From positions 1,142,927 to 1,206,926 of the forward strand of contig JAJCZU010000002.1 of NCBI GenBank assembly GCA_029262235.1: 64,000 bases of DNA, in the 5' to 3' direction. The position numbers and the translations under genes are program-made. A model generated the notes under the pieces. The model was not told the origin of the DNA and made no database searches. It saw nothing but the letters and a program-made list of their open reading frames with translations. Source of the stretch: Candidatus Eiseniibacteriota bacterium. GTDB lineage: Bacteria > Orphanbacterota > Orphanbacteria > Orphanbacterales > Orphanbacteraceae. Below are positions 8,789 to 19,193 of this stretch, one piece after another (the stretch's first letter is position 1; each line of letters begins with the position of its first letter).

Positions 8789-11272
8789 ATGCACGATCGA
8801 TTTACAGAACGCGTCCGCAAGGTCATGTATCTTGCGCGTGAAGAAGCAGGCCGCTTGCAGCACGACTACATCGGAACAGAACATCTGCTTCTCGGCATCG
8901 TTCGCGAAGGAGAGGGGATCGCCGCCACGGTGCTCCATAATCTCGGCCTGGATCTCGATCAGATCCGACAGGCGGTCGAGAACATGGTATCGGGGAGCGG
9001 GGGAACGCTCACGATCGGCGAGATTCCGTTTACGCCGCGCGCCAAGCGTGTGCTCGAACTCGCGGTGGAAGAAGCGCGGCTGCTGAGCCATAACTACGTC
9101 GGCACGGAACATCTGCTGCTCGGCCTCATTCGCGAAGGCGAAGGGGTTGCGGCGCGCGTGCTGATCGACCTCGGCGCGGACAAGAAGAAAGTACGCGAGG
9201 AGACGCTCAAGCTTCTCGGCGGCCATCCCGTCGGCAACACGCAGGCGCAGGCTCCGCAGAAAAGTGAAACGCCCGCACTCGACCAGTTCGGGCGCGATCT
9301 CACGACGCTCGCGCGCGAAGGAAAACTCGATCCCGTGATCGGACGCAACGGCGAAATCGAACGCGTGATCCAGGTTCTCTGCCGTCGCAAGAAAAACAAT
9401 CCGGCCCTGATCGGCGAACCGGGCGTCGGCAAGACCGCCATCGCCGAAGGGCTCGCCGAGCGGATCGCTTCGAACCACGTTCCGCATCTTCTGATGAACA
9501 AACGCCTCGTGACGCTCGACCTCGCGTCGATCGTCGCCGGCACGAAATATCGCGGCCAGTTCGAAGAGCGGCTCAAGGCCGTCATGAATGAAATCCGCGA
9601 ATCCGACAACGTCATCATCTTCATCGACGAACTGCACACGATCGTCGGGGCCGGCGGCGCGGAAGGCGCCATCGACGCTTCGAACATGCTGAAGCCGGCG
9701 CTCGCGCGCGGCGAACTGCAGTGCATCGGCGCGACCACGCTCGACGAATACCGCAAGCACATCGAAAAGGACGGCGCGCTCGAGCGTCGCTTCCAGCCGA
9801 TCACGATCAACCCGCCGACCGTGCAGGAGACCATCCAGATCATCCGCGGACTGCGTGACAAGTACGAAGCGCATCATCGCGCCGAGATCACGGACGATGC
9901 GATCACGGCCGCCGTCAAGCTGTCTGATCGCTTCATCAACGACCGCTTCCTGCCCGACAAGGCAATCGACATTATCGACGAAGCGGGTTCGCGCGCGCGC
10001 CTCAGCGTGAGCGAGATCCCGAAGGACCTGAACGACATCGAGCGCAAGCTGAACCAGGTCACGCAGGAAAAAGAAGCGGCGATCTGTTCGCAGGAATTCG
10101 AAAAAGCCGCCGCGCTCCGCGACCAGGAGAAGGATCTCCGGAACCAGCTCCTCAATTTCCAGAAGGACTGGGACGTGCAGAAGAAAGAGGACCGCGCCGT
10201 CGTCGATGTCGAAGACGTCGCGCAGGTCATCTCCGCGATTACGGGGATCCCGGTGCAGAAGCTCGAACGGACGGAGAGCGAAAAGCTTCTCCATATGGAA
10301 GACGGACTGCAGACGAAAGTCATCGGTCAGGCCGAAGCGGTCACGGCGATTTCGAAAGCGATTCGCAGAAACCGCGCCGGACTGCAGAATCCGAACCGCC
10401 CGATCGGGTCGTTCATCTTCCTCGGACCGACCGGTGTCGGGAAAACGGAACTCGCGCGCGTCATGTCCGAATTCCTGTTCGACGACCGCGATTCGCTGAT
10501 CCGGATCGACATGTCCGAATACATGGAAAAATTTGCCGTGAGCCGTCTCGTCGGAGCGCCTCCGGGATACGTGGGATATGAAGAGGGCGGCCAGCTGACG
10601 GAGAAGGTCCGCAGAAAGCCGTATTCGATCGTGCTGCTCGACGAGATCGAGAAAGCGCACCCGGACGTCTTCAATCTGCTGCTGCAGGTGCTCGAAGACG
10701 GCCAGCTGACGGACAGCTTCGGCCGCCGCGTCAATTTCCGGAACACGGTCATCATCATGACCTCGAACATCGGGGCCCGCCAGGTCAAGCAGGGAGGCTC
10801 GCTCGGCTTCCAGAAGGCCGGCGAGGACGTCAAGCAGGGGCTTCAGAGCGGCAAGTTCATGGATGAGCTGAAGAAAACGTTCAATCCCGAGTTCTTGAAC
10901 CGCGTGGACGAAACCATTATCTTCCGTTCTCTGGTACGCGAGGATCTCGAGAAGATCGTGAACATCCTCTTCTCGGAAGTCGAAGGGCGGCTGATCGAGC
11001 ACGATTTCACCGTCGAGCTCTCGGATGAGGCGAAGGAGCTGATCGTCGACAAGGGATACGACCCGGCCTACGGGGCGCGCCCGCTTCGGAAGACGATCCG
11101 TCAGCTCGTGGAAGATCCGCTTTCCGAGGAGATCCTCGGCGGCAATATCAAGCCGGGACAGAAGATCATCATCGGCCGCAAGGGCGACGTGCTCACGTTC
11201 AAGAAGCAGAAGGTGGCCAAGCCCGCGAAGAAGGCGGTCGCCGCGCCGGCATCAGACGAAGAAGACTCGTAG
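8789..11272 (+). CDS. clpC: ATP-dependent Clp protease ATP-binding subunit ClpC
   Basis: 827 aa; duplicated N-terminal Clp repeat domains, two AAA+ modules with Walker A GEPGVGKT and [11 protein letters not shown]-like middle region. Confidence 0.9.
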   Translation: MHDRFTERVRKVMYLAREEAGRLQHDYIGTEHLLLGIVREGEGIAATVLHNLGLDLDQIRQAVENMVSGSGGTLTIGEIPFTPRAKRVLELAVEEARLLSHNYVGTEHLLLGLIREGEGVAARVLIDLGADKKKVREETLKLLGGHPVGNTQAQAPQKSETPALDQFGRDLTTLAREGKLDPVIGRNGEIERVIQVLCRRKKNNPALIGEPGVGKTAIAEGLAERIASNHVPHLLMNKRLVTLDLASIVAGTKYRGQFEERLKAVMNEIRESDNVIIFIDELHTIVGAGGAEGAIDASNMLKPALARGELQCIGATTLDEYRKHIEKDGALERRFQPITINPPTVQETIQIIRGLRDKYEAHHRAEITDDAITAAVKLSDRFINDRFLPDKAIDIIDEAGSRARLSVSEIPKDLNDIERKLNQVTQEKEAAICSQEFEKAAALRDQEKDLRNQLLNFQKDWDVQKKEDRAVVDVEDVAQVISAITGIPVQKLERTESEKLLHMEDGLQTKVIGQAEAVTAISKAIRRNRAGLQNPNRPIGSFIFLGPTGVGKTELARVMSEFLFDDRDSLIRIDMSEYMEKFAVSRLVGAPPGYVGYEEGGQLTEKVRRKPYSIVLLDEIEKAHPDVFNLLLQVLEDGQLTDSFGRRVNFRNTVIIMTSNIGARQVKQGGSLGFQKAGEDVKQGLQSGKFMDELKKTFNPEFLNRVDETIIFRSLVREDLEKIVNILFSEVEGRLIEHDFTVELSDEAKELIVDKGYDPAYGARPLRKTIRQLVEDPLSEEILGGNIKPGQKIIIGRKGDVLTFKKQKVAKPAKKAVAAPASDEEDS

Positions 11273-11303
11273 AAGCGAAGCTTCTCGCACTACATACGAA
11301 CGT

Positions 11304-13583
11304 ATGAGAATTTGTGGGGACGTAATTCTCAAGATCATTGCGGGGGGGAAGTCCTTTCTTCTCCCCCTTCTTTTTGCCATGCATATGCTCGCGCCGGCTC
11401 TCGCAGGCGCGCAGACCGTGCAGTCGATCGACGTCAGAGGCGCGACGCGGATCAAGGCCGCATCGGTCGTCAAGACGTTCGGGATCCAGCCGGGTGACCG
11501 GTACTCGGGCGACGAAATCGCCGAGGGGATCCGCAACCTCTACGCTACCCGCCAGTTCCGGACCGTGGCAATCGAGCGCCGGGCGCTCGACGGCGGCGAC
11601 TTCGCTCTCACGATCGAGATCGAAGAGCGCACCGTGCTCGGAGACTTCTCCTACCAGGGCAACGACAAACTCAAAAAAGACGACCTGAAAGAGGAAACGA
11701 TCCTGCGTCGCGGGCTCGTGCTCTCGGACCGCTCTCTCTTTCGCGAAAAAGTCCGTATCCAGAATCTCTACAAGGAGAAAGGGTACAGGAGCGCCACTGT
11801 AGAGTGGGAGCTTGCTGAGGCCGATACCGGCGGGCGCCAGTCCGTCGTCTATCGGATCGACGAAGGCAACAAGGTCAAGGTGAAGAAGGTCGTTGTGCAG
11901 GGCGCGGACAAGCTCGGCGAGGGCAAAGTCCGCGGCGAGATGAAGACGAAGCCAGACAACTGGTATCGAAGCGGCGACTTCAAGGAAGAGGAATTCGAAG
12001 GGGACAAGACGCTGATCGAGCGTCTCTATGCGAAGAACGGTTATCTGGATGCCCGCGTCGATTCGACGACGGTCGTGGTGGCGAAGAACGGCAAGGACCT
12101 GACGGTCAAGGTGTTCGTGACCGAGGGCGAGCAGTTCCGCATGGGCAGCGTCAGGTTCGAGGGGAATGAACAGTTCGAAACCGACGTGCTCCGGCGCACG
12201 ATGAGACTGCGCCCCGGCGATGTATTCGATCAGGAAAAGTACGAGTTCTCGATCGGCGAACTCTACGGCGTGTATTCCGAAGAGGGATACATCTTCACGA
12301 ACATCATCCCCGAGCGAACGCCCAAGGGTCAGGTCATCGATATCGCTTTCTATATTACCGAGGGCGATCCCGCGCGAATCGATCGCGTCAACATCGCGGG
12401 CAACAACAAGACGAAAGAGCGCACGATCAGGCGCGAACTCGTCGTGGCGCCGGGCGATCTCTTCAAGCGCTCCCGGATCATCCGGTCGCAGCGTGAACTC
12501 ATGCAGCTCGGATTCTTCCAGGACATTCGCTTCGACTATCAGCCCGTGCGCGGCACCGACCGGATCGACATCACGTTCGATGTCGTGGAGCGGACGACCG
12601 GCGAAGCGAGCATGGGGGCGGGATTCAGCTCGCTCAATGGAGCCACCGGGTTCCTGCGACTGTCGCAGGGGAACCTGTTCGGCGGCGGGGAACGCGTGAA
12701 CCTCACGTGGGAATTCGGCGACTTCCAGCAGATCGAACTTTCGTACACCGAACCCTGGCTTTTCGATACACCGACGTCCGCCGGCTTCGACATCACCTCG
12801 GTGCGGCGCAACTGGGACTCGTACGTCGAGAAGCGAAAGGGGGGCGGGGTGCGCCTCGGCCGCCGCCTGCCGTGGCTCGATTATTCGCGAGTGGACGCCG
12901 CGTATCGGATCGAAGAACGCACGATCGACCCGGACGAGGACGCGAGTGAATCCGTGCAGAACGCTGCGGGAACGCGCACGCTTTCGTCGACACGACTTTC
13001 GTTCACGCGCAATTCCACCGACCGGCTGTTCCATCCGACGAGCGGCTCGGTCAACATTCTCGTAGGCGAATGGGCGGGCGGGATTCTCGCCGGCTCGACC
13101 GACTACCAGCAGTACGAAGTGGAAACGCGGTGGTATTACCCGTCGTTCTGGAAATTCTTCCTGGGGCTGCGCGCACGGATCGGTGTCGTGGACGGACTCG
13201 ACAAACCATCCACCGTACCGCTTTACAAACGCTATCGCCTGGGCGGCACCGGAGTCTGGGGGCTGCGGGGATACGACGACCGCGCGGTCGTACCGGACGG
13301 AAACTCGTTCGACTTCGGCGGGCGCACCATGTTGATTCTGTCGGCTGAATACAAATTCCCGATCGCGGATCCGTCGATTTTCGGCCTGTTCTTCTTCGAC
13401 GCCGGCAATTCATGGAACAGCTTCGAAGAGATTCGGCCTAACGATTTGAAGCGCGGCGCCGGATTCGGGGTCCGTTTCCAGATCCCGATGCTGGGCCAGA
13501 TGGGCTTCGATATGGGATACGGACTCGACAAGGACGGCGGAGGAGCCTGGGAACCCCACTTCCAGCTCGGCTCGCTCTTCTAG
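11304..13583 (+). CDS. bamA: outer membrane protein assembly factor BamA (Omp85 family)
   Basis: 759 aa; N-terminal signal-like segment, POTRA-repeat region, C-terminal beta-barrel ending in aromatic F; the exact start is uncertain. Confidence 0.85.
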   Translation: MRICGDVILKIIAGGKSFLLPLLFAMHMLAPALAGAQTVQSIDVRGATRIKAASVVKTFGIQPGDRYSGDEIAEGIRNLYATRQFRTVAIERRALDGGDFALTIEIEERTVLGDFSYQGNDKLKKDDLKEETILRRGLVLSDRSLFREKVRIQNLYKEKGYRSATVEWELAEADTGGRQSVVYRIDEGNKVKVKKVVVQGADKLGEGKVRGEMKTKPDNWYRSGDFKEEEFEGDKTLIERLYAKNGYLDARVDSTTVVVAKNGKDLTVKVFVTEGEQFRMGSVRFEGNEQFETDVLRRTMRLRPGDVFDQEKYEFSIGELYGVYSEEGYIFTNIIPERTPKGQVIDIAFYITEGDPARIDRVNIAGNNKTKERTIRRELVVAPGDLFKRSRIIRSQRELMQLGFFQDIRFDYQPVRGTDRIDITFDVVERTTGEASMGAGFSSLNGATGFLRLSQGNLFGGGERVNLTWEFGDFQQIELSYTEPWLFDTPTSAGFDITSVRRNWDSYVEKRKGGGVRLGRRLPWLDYSRVDAAYRIEERTIDPDEDASESVQNAAGTRTLSSTRLSFTRNSTDRLFHPTSGSVNILVGEWAGGILAGSTDYQQYEVETRWYYPSFWKFFLGLRARIGVVDGLDKPSTVPLYKRYRLGGTGVWGLRGYDDRAVVPDGNSFDFGGRTMLILSAEYKFPIADPSIFGLFFFDAGNSWNSFEEIRPNDLKRGAGFGVRFQIPMLGQMGFDMGYGLDKDGGGAWEPHFQLGSLF

Positions 13584-13727
13584 CGACGCCGCTTGAACTT
13601 ACCTGCCCGCATTGCCACAATGGAGTGCCTGTCAGGGAACCCGGCGCGATCAGCCCGTGTTTCCCCCGCAGCACATCATGCATGCCCGTGAGAAACGCAT
13701 TCTCATGCCAATTAGGAGGCGTAGTAT

Positions 13728-14252
13728 ATGAAATGGGGAATGATCGGAATCGCCCTGACGGCTCTTCTGCTCTCGACCGGAGACGCGCTCGCTGAGTCAA
13801 AAATCGGGTATATCGATTCGGCGCGCATTTTCGCCGAGTACAAAGGGACCGAGGACGCACAGCGCACCTTCGACTCCGAGGTGGAGCAGTGGGAGCAGCA
13901 GGCGCAGGGCCTCAAGACGCAGCTCGACTCGCTCGAAGGCGAGTATCAGCGCCAGAGCCTGATGCTCTCGGAGACGCGCAAGAGAGAGCGCCAGCAGGAG
14001 ATCCTGACGAAGCGCCAGGAGTACGAGACCTTCGTACAGTCCGTCTGGGGCCCGCAGGGCAAGCTCGCCGTGAAGAATTCGGAACTGGTCCAGCCGATCG
14101 TGGAACTGATCAACGTCATTCTGCAGCGTCTGGGCGTGGAAGAGGACTATGCGATCGTGTTCGACGCCTCGCTGGGGGGGATCGTCTACGCAGCCGAAGG
14201 AATCGATCTGACGGACAGAATCATCGAGGAGCTCAATCAAGGCGTGCAATAG
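13728..14252 (+). CDS. skp: periplasmic chaperone Skp/OmpH
   Basis: 174 aa; signal peptide followed by a coiled-coil-rich sequence; conserved position between bamA and lpxD; AGGAGG before the ATG. Confidence 0.8.
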   Translation: MKWGMIGIALTALLLSTGDALAESKIGYIDSARIFAEYKGTEDAQRTFDSEVEQWEQQAQGLKTQLDSLEGEYQRQSLMLSETRKRERQQEILTKRQEYETFVQSVWGPQGKLAVKNSELVQPIVELINVILQRLGVEEDYAIVFDASLGGIVYAAEGIDLTDRIIEELNQGVQ

Positions 14253-14366
14253 TTTCTTCGGCGGGGAAATGCCTCGCCAACTCATGCAGGAATAACAAGT
14301 TACGGCCTGAAATGGGGATAATTGCCTTGACGTTCCCGTTCACCGGTCAGTAGGATCAATGCCGCC

Positions 14367-15419
14367 ATGAAGCTATCTGAAATCGTGGAGCGCGTCGGAG
14401 GAAAACTCCGCGGCGACGGTTCTATCGAGATCACCGGTGTGGCGGGAATTCGCGAAGCGCAGGAGGGCGATATCACCTTTATTGCGGACTCGCGTTATGA
14501 AGCTTTTCTGGCTTCGACCCGCGCCTCGGCAGTGATCCTCGCGAAAAACGGGGACCTCGGTGATATCGACAAAGCCGTTGTCATCGTGAACGAGAATCCA
14601 TACGTCGCGTTCCTGAGAGCCATTGAAATCTTCTCGCCCCGCGATCACGACGATCCGCGGGGAGTGCATCCGACTGCCGTGATCGGCGAGGGCGTCGAAC
14701 TCGGCGAACGGATCACGATCGGCGCGCACGTCGTCGTGGAAGACCACTGCGCGATCGGTGCCGGAACGCGGATCCTTGCGGGAAGCTATATAGGATTCCG
14801 ATCGCGGGTCGGCGCCGACTGCATGATCTTTCCGAACGTAACGGTGCGCGAAGATTCGGCGATCGGCGACCGCGTGATCATTCACAGCGGCACGGTTGTG
14901 GGGTCGGACGGTTTCGGCTTCGCCACGACCGGTGGAAAGCACACGAAGATTCCGCAGATCGGGCGCGTCGTGATCGATGACGATGTCGAGATCGGTTCGA
15001 ACGTTTCGATCGATCGCGCGACAACCGGAATCACGCACATACACAGCGGCACGAAGATCGACAACCTCGTGCAGATCGCGCACAACGTCGTGATCGGCGA
15101 GAACTCGCTCATCGTTGCGCAGGTCGGGATTTCCGGCAGCACGGAAATCGGAAGAAACGTGACAATCGCCGGACAGGCCGGAGTCATCGGCCACATCACG
15201 ATCGGGGACAACGTACAGGTTGCAGCGCAGTCGGGGGTCGTCAAGTCGGTCCCGGCGAATACACAGGTGAGCGGCTTCCCCGCGAGAGAGCACTCTGTCA
15301 GCCGGCGCATCTGGGCGGCCATTGCGAAGCTGCCGGACCTCGTGAAGACGATCAAACGCCTCTCGAAGCGGGTCGATGAGCTCGAAAAGCAGCTCGACTC
15401 CAAATCGATCTCCCAATAA
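14367..15419 (+). CDS. lpxD: UDP-3-O-acylglucosamine N-acyltransferase
   Basis: 350 aa; left-handed beta-helix hexapeptide repeats with an LpxD-type N-terminal domain. Confidence 0.9.
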   Translation: MKLSEIVERVGGKLRGDGSIEITGVAGIREAQEGDITFIADSRYEAFLASTRASAVILAKNGDLGDIDKAVVIVNENPYVAFLRAIEIFSPRDHDDPRGVHPTAVIGEGVELGERITIGAHVVVEDHCAIGAGTRILAGSYIGFRSRVGADCMIFPNVTVREDSAIGDRVIIHSGTVVGSDGFGFATTGGKHTKIPQIGRVVIDDDVEIGSNVSIDRATTGITHIHSGTKIDNLVQIAHNVVIGENSLIVAQVGISGSTEIGRNVTIAGQAGVIGHITIGDNVQVAAQSGVVKSVPANTQVSGFPAREHSVSRRIWAAIAKLPDLVKTIKRLSKRVDELEKQLDSKSISQ

Positions 15420-15439
15420 TTCAATAAGGGTTTCACCAC

Positions 15440-16762
15440 TTGCGCGAAAATCAGAGAACGATCGAGAGAGAAGTCACGTTCAGCGGCGTCGGACTTCATA
15501 CGGGCGTGGCGGTCGACATGCGTTTCCGTCCGGCGCCCCCGAACACGGGCATCAAATTCCATCGCACGGATCTCGGAGTCGAGATCGTGGCGGATATCGC
15601 GAATGCGCCCGACCTGGCGGGAAGCATCCGTCGCACGATCCTCGGATCGGGCGACGAGCGTGTCAGCACGGTCGAACACGTCCTGGCGGCCGCCGTCGGA
15701 CTCGGCATCGACAACATGGTGATCGATCTGAACGCCGAGGAACCGGCCGAGCCGGATGGAAGCGCGCTTCCTTATGTGGAACTGCTGCGCACCGCCGGTC
15801 TCGTCGAGCAATCCGAAAAGCGCTTCTTTCTCGAGATCCGCAAACCCATCTCACTGCAGGAAAACGGCATTGAACTGATTGCGCTGCCGCACGACGGCTT
15901 CCGCATCAGCTATACGCTGCAGTACGACGACCCCGCGATCGGAACGCAGCACATGGTGATCGATGTCGACGAAGAGACGTTCATCGACCAGATCGCGCCG
16001 GCGCGCACGTTTGCGCTCGGCTCCGAAGTCGCCGCGCTGAAAGAGATGGGTCTTATCAAGGGCGGCAGTTACGACAATGCGATCGTCGTAACCGAGGGAG
16101 CTACGAAAAGCAACGAACCGCTTCGTTTCGACGACGAGTTCGTACGCCATAAAATTCTGGATTTGATCGGCGATCTTTTCCTGACCGGACTTCCCATCAA
16201 GGGCCACATCATTGCGCACAAATCCGGACACTCGACAAACGTGAAACTGGCGCGGCTCCTACGCAGCTACGCAGAAACCAAGTACGGTCCCACAATGAAG
16301 CTGAGGCACGAGACCCCCATGCAGACACAATTCGACATTCATGAAATCATGAAGATTCTCCCGCACCGATACCCGTTTCTCCTCGTCGACAAGATCATCG
16401 ACCTGGGGCCGAAACATGTGACGGCTATCAAGAACGTTACGATGAACGAACCGTTCTTTATGGGACATTTTCCGGGGCACCCGATCATGCCGGCCGTTCT
16501 CATCATCGAGGCGATGGCGCAGGCAGGGGGGATTCTGCTGCTGAACTCGGGCGGCAATCCCGCGGAAAAACTCGTATACTTCATGGGAATCGATAACGCG
16601 AAATTCCGAAAGCCGGTCCTTCCCGGCGATACGCTCCGATTCGAGCTGAAACTCATCAGGCTGAAGACCCGTATCTGCAAGATGCGCGGGGAAGCCTACG
16701 TGGGGGATGATCTCGTGGCGGAAGCCGACCTTTTGTCAACCATCGTCGATCGACAGGAATAG
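15440..16762 (+). CDS. lpxC: bifunctional UDP-3-O-acyl-GlcNAc deacetylase / 3-hydroxyacyl-ACP dehydratase (LpxC-FabZ fusion)
   Basis: 440 aa; N-terminal LpxC-like domain and C-terminal FabZ hot-dog domain (PFFMGHFPGHPIMPAVLIIEAMAQ); TTG start. Confidence 0.9.
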   Translation: MRENQRTIEREVTFSGVGLHTGVAVDMRFRPAPPNTGIKFHRTDLGVEIVADIANAPDLAGSIRRTILGSGDERVSTVEHVLAAAVGLGIDNMVIDLNAEEPAEPDGSALPYVELLRTAGLVEQSEKRFFLEIRKPISLQENGIELIALPHDGFRISYTLQYDDPAIGTQHMVIDVDEETFIDQIAPARTFALGSEVAALKEMGLIKGGSYDNAIVVTEGATKSNEPLRFDDEFVRHKILDLIGDLFLTGLPIKGHIIAHKSGHSTNVKLARLLRSYAETKYGPTMKLRHETPMQTQFDIHEIMKILPHRYPFLLVDKIIDLGPKHVTAIKNVTMNEPFFMGHFPGHPIMPAVLIIEAMAQAGGILLLNSGGNPAEKLVYFMGIDNAKFRKPVLPGDTLRFELKLIRLKTRICKMRGEAYVGDDLVAEADLLSTIVDRQE

Positions 16763-16770
16763 AAAGCAAC

Positions 16771-17565
16771 ATGAGCAGCGAACCCAAGTTGGCAGAATCC
16801 CTGATACACCCCACCGCAATCGTGGAAGAAGGGGCGGAGATCGGGAAGAACGTCCGGATCGGGCCGCATTCCTGGATCCGTGAGAACGTCGTCATCGGAG
16901 ACGACTGTGTAATCGGCGCGAACGTCGTCATCGAAGGATGGACGAGCATCGGCCGCGGATGCACGGTTTATCACTCGGCCGTCGTCGGAGCCCCCCCGCA
17001 GGATCTGAAGTACCGGGGCGACAGAAGCTACGTCGAAATCGGCGAGCACAACGTCATCCGCGAGTTCGTCACGATCAACCTCGCGACCTCGCCCGAAGGC
17101 GTCACGCGAATCGGCGACCACAATCTGCTGATGGCATATGTCCACGTGGCACACGAGTGCGAGATCGGGAATCACACGATCATCGCCAACGCCGTGAATC
17201 TGGCCGGCCACGTAACAGTCGAAGACTACGCGACGATCGGGGGCGTCTCACCCGTCCACCAGTTCGTGCGCATCGGAGCACACAGCTTCATCGGAGGCGG
17301 CTCGCGCGTCGCGAAGGACGTACCGCCTTTCGTTCTCGCAGCCGGCAATCCGCTTCGCGTCGGCGGCATCAACGTCGTCGGCCTCACGAGGCGCGGTTTC
17401 GATTCCGACGTCAAGAGTCACCTCATTCGAGCCTACAAAATCCTGTTTCGCAGTGACAGGAACACGTCGCAGGCAATTGCAGCGATTCGCGCCGAGATCC
17501 CGATGACCCCCGAGGTCGAGCGCTTCGTGCAGTTCATCGAGTCTTCGGAACGGGGCATCATCTAA
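16771..17565 (+). CDS. lpxA: acyl-ACP--UDP-N-acetylglucosamine O-acyltransferase
   Basis: 264 aa hexapeptide-repeat acyltransferase in the canonical lpxD-fabZ-lpxA order. Confidence 0.9.
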   Translation: MSSEPKLAESLIHPTAIVEEGAEIGKNVRIGPHSWIRENVVIGDDCVIGANVVIEGWTSIGRGCTVYHSAVVGAPPQDLKYRGDRSYVEIGEHNVIREFVTINLATSPEGVTRIGDHNLLMAYVHVAHECEIGNHTIIANAVNLAGHVTVEDYATIGGVSPVHQFVRIGAHSFIGGGSRVAKDVPPFVLAAGNPLRVGGINVVGLTRRGFDSDVKSHLIRAYKILFRSDRNTSQAIAAIRAEIPMTPEVERFVQFIESSERGII

Positions 17566-17586
17566 ACCGGAGCTTCGGTTCATCTC

Positions 17587-18558
17587 ATGAAACCCTCCCG
17601 CCTCGGCGTCATTGGAGTCGGAATCTGGGGACGCAATCACGCCCGCGTTCTGGCCGGCCTGGCCGATGCGGAGCTGGTCGGCCTGTACGACCCGGACGAG
17701 GCCCGCGCCCGCGAAATTGCGAACGAACACGGCTGTCAGGCATTCGCGTCACTCGCGGATCTCGTCGAACGCACGGAGGCCGTCGTTGTCGCCGCTCCCA
17801 CGACCCACCATCATTCCATCACACTCGAATCCCTTGCCGCCGGAAACCACGTTCTCGTCGAAAAACCCATCGCATTTACTCTGACCGAGGCGGACGAAAT
17901 GATCGCGGCCGCCGAGCGCGCCGATCGCGTGCTGGCCGTGGGCCACCTGGAACGCTTCAACCCGTCGATCGAGGCGCTGATCGAAACGACGAACAATCCG
18001 CGCTTCGTCGAAGTTCACCGCCTCTCGCCATTCTCGGTCCGCGGACTCGACGTGTCGGTCGTGCTCGATCTCATGATTCACGATATCGATGTCCTTCTCC
18101 GCGTCGTGCAGTCCCCGGTTGCCGAGGTCCGCAGCGTCGGCGTCCCCGTCCTGAGCCGCGCGATCGATATCGCGAACGTACGGCTTCGCTTCGAGAACGG
18201 ATGCGTCGCCAACGTCACGGCAAGCAGGATCTCGCTCTCGAAGACACGCAAGATCCGCATCTTCGAACCGGACCGCTATATATCCGTCAACTCACAGACG
18301 CAGGAGATCGTGGCGTATCGAAGAACGGGGCCGTCACCCGCGCCCGAGAAGCTGACGGCGGAAGCGTTCGGAAAGCTCGTCGAAAGACAGAACCTCTCCC
18401 GTCCTCAGGAAGAACCGCTGCAGCGCGAGCTCAGCTGCTTTCTTGCCGCAGTACGCGGCGAAGAGAAGCGCATCGTCCCGGGCCGGGAGGGACGGGATGC
18501 GCTGGCCGTAGCGCTGCGCATTCTCGACGAGATGGAGCTTCGAGAAGAGATCGGATGA
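17587..18558 (+). CDS. Gfo/Idh/MocA family NAD(P)-dependent oxidoreductase (possible GnnA-like UDP-GlcNAc 3-dehydrogenase)
   Basis: N-terminal Rossmann motif IGVGIWG and EKP motif; located between lpxA and lpxB. Confidence 0.8.
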   Translation: MKPSRLGVIGVGIWGRNHARVLAGLADAELVGLYDPDEARAREIANEHGCQAFASLADLVERTEAVVVAAPTTHHHSITLESLAAGNHVLVEKPIAFTLTEADEMIAAAERADRVLAVGHLERFNPSIEALIETTNNPRFVEVHRLSPFSVRGLDVSVVLDLMIHDIDVLLRVVQSPVAEVRSVGVPVLSRAIDIANVRLRFENGCVANVTASRISLSKTRKIRIFEPDRYISVNSQTQEIVAYRRTGPSPAPEKLTAEAFGKLVERQNLSRPQEEPLQRELSCFLAAVRGEEKRIVPGREGRDALAVALRILDEMELREEIG

Positions 18559-19193
18559 GGGAAGGCGCGGGGACGATGCGACCGGAAAGCGCCGCGCGCG
18601 AGAGCGGATCTGCGATGGAGAGCCTGGGCCGGTTTCTGTTCCGGCACCGAAGCCTGACTCCCGTTCCCCTCGTGATCCTATTGCTCGTACTGGCGCGGCC
18701 GACGATGATGACGGCACTCTCCGCCGTACCGTTCTGGCTCGCAGGCGCCGCCGTCCGGCTGTCGGCCCTCCGTTTCATCGGGGGGGCCTCCCGCTCCACG
18801 AATCTGGCTCCCGGCGAAATCGTCACGGCCGGCCCGTTCGGCGTCGTTCGAAACCCGCTCTACGTGGGCAACTTTCTCCTGACAACCGGATTCGCCGTCT
18901 TCTCCGGGCACTGGCTCTTCGCCCTCGTGCCGCTGCTTCTGTTTCCGATCCAGTACGTGCCCGTCGTCCGCGCGGAAGAGGCCGAACTGGGCCGACGATT
19001 CCCCGCCGCGTTTGACGACTATTCCCGGACCGTCCCGCGCTGGTTCCCGCGGCGCCCTGCATCTCTCATTGTGTTCGGTGACGCCCCGCGCACATGGCGC
19101 GAAGCCGCCCGGATCGAAAGAAGCACGATCCGCTCCGTGCTCGCGCTCATTATCGCACTTGCACTCGTGCAGTCCTGGCGGGGAACCCACTGA
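18555..19193 (+). CDS. ICMT/PEMT-family membrane methyltransferase (possible LmtA-like lipid A methyltransferase)
   Basis: Multi-TM protein with the C-terminal RNPLYVG...EEAELGRRF...Y...VPRWFP motif typical of the isoprenylcysteine carboxyl methyltransferase family; ATG at 18555 overlaps the upstream stop (ATGA). Confidence 0.65.
   Translation: MREGAGTMRPESAARESGSAMESLGRFLFRHRSLTPVPLVILLLVLARPTMMTALSAVPFWLAGAAVRLSALRFIGGASRSTNLAPGEIVTAGPFGVVRNPLYVGNFLLTTGFAVFSGHWLFALVPLLLFPIQYVPVVRAEEAELGRRFPAAFDDYSRTVPRWFPRRPASLIVFGDAPRTWREAARIERSTIRSVLALIIALALVQSWRGTH

Noticed and set aside
11271-11285. Stem-loop AGAAGC-gaa-GCTTCT overlapping the clpC stop, considered as a terminator.
   Set aside because: The stem is only 6 bp and there is no downstream U-tract, so it is not supported as an intrinsic terminator.
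14327-14356. Promoter-like TTGACG-N18-TAGGAT upstream of lpxD.
   Set aside because: The -10-like element lies 11-16 nt before the lpxD ATG, where it is more likely the ribosome-binding site (AGGA); it leaves no room for a leader.
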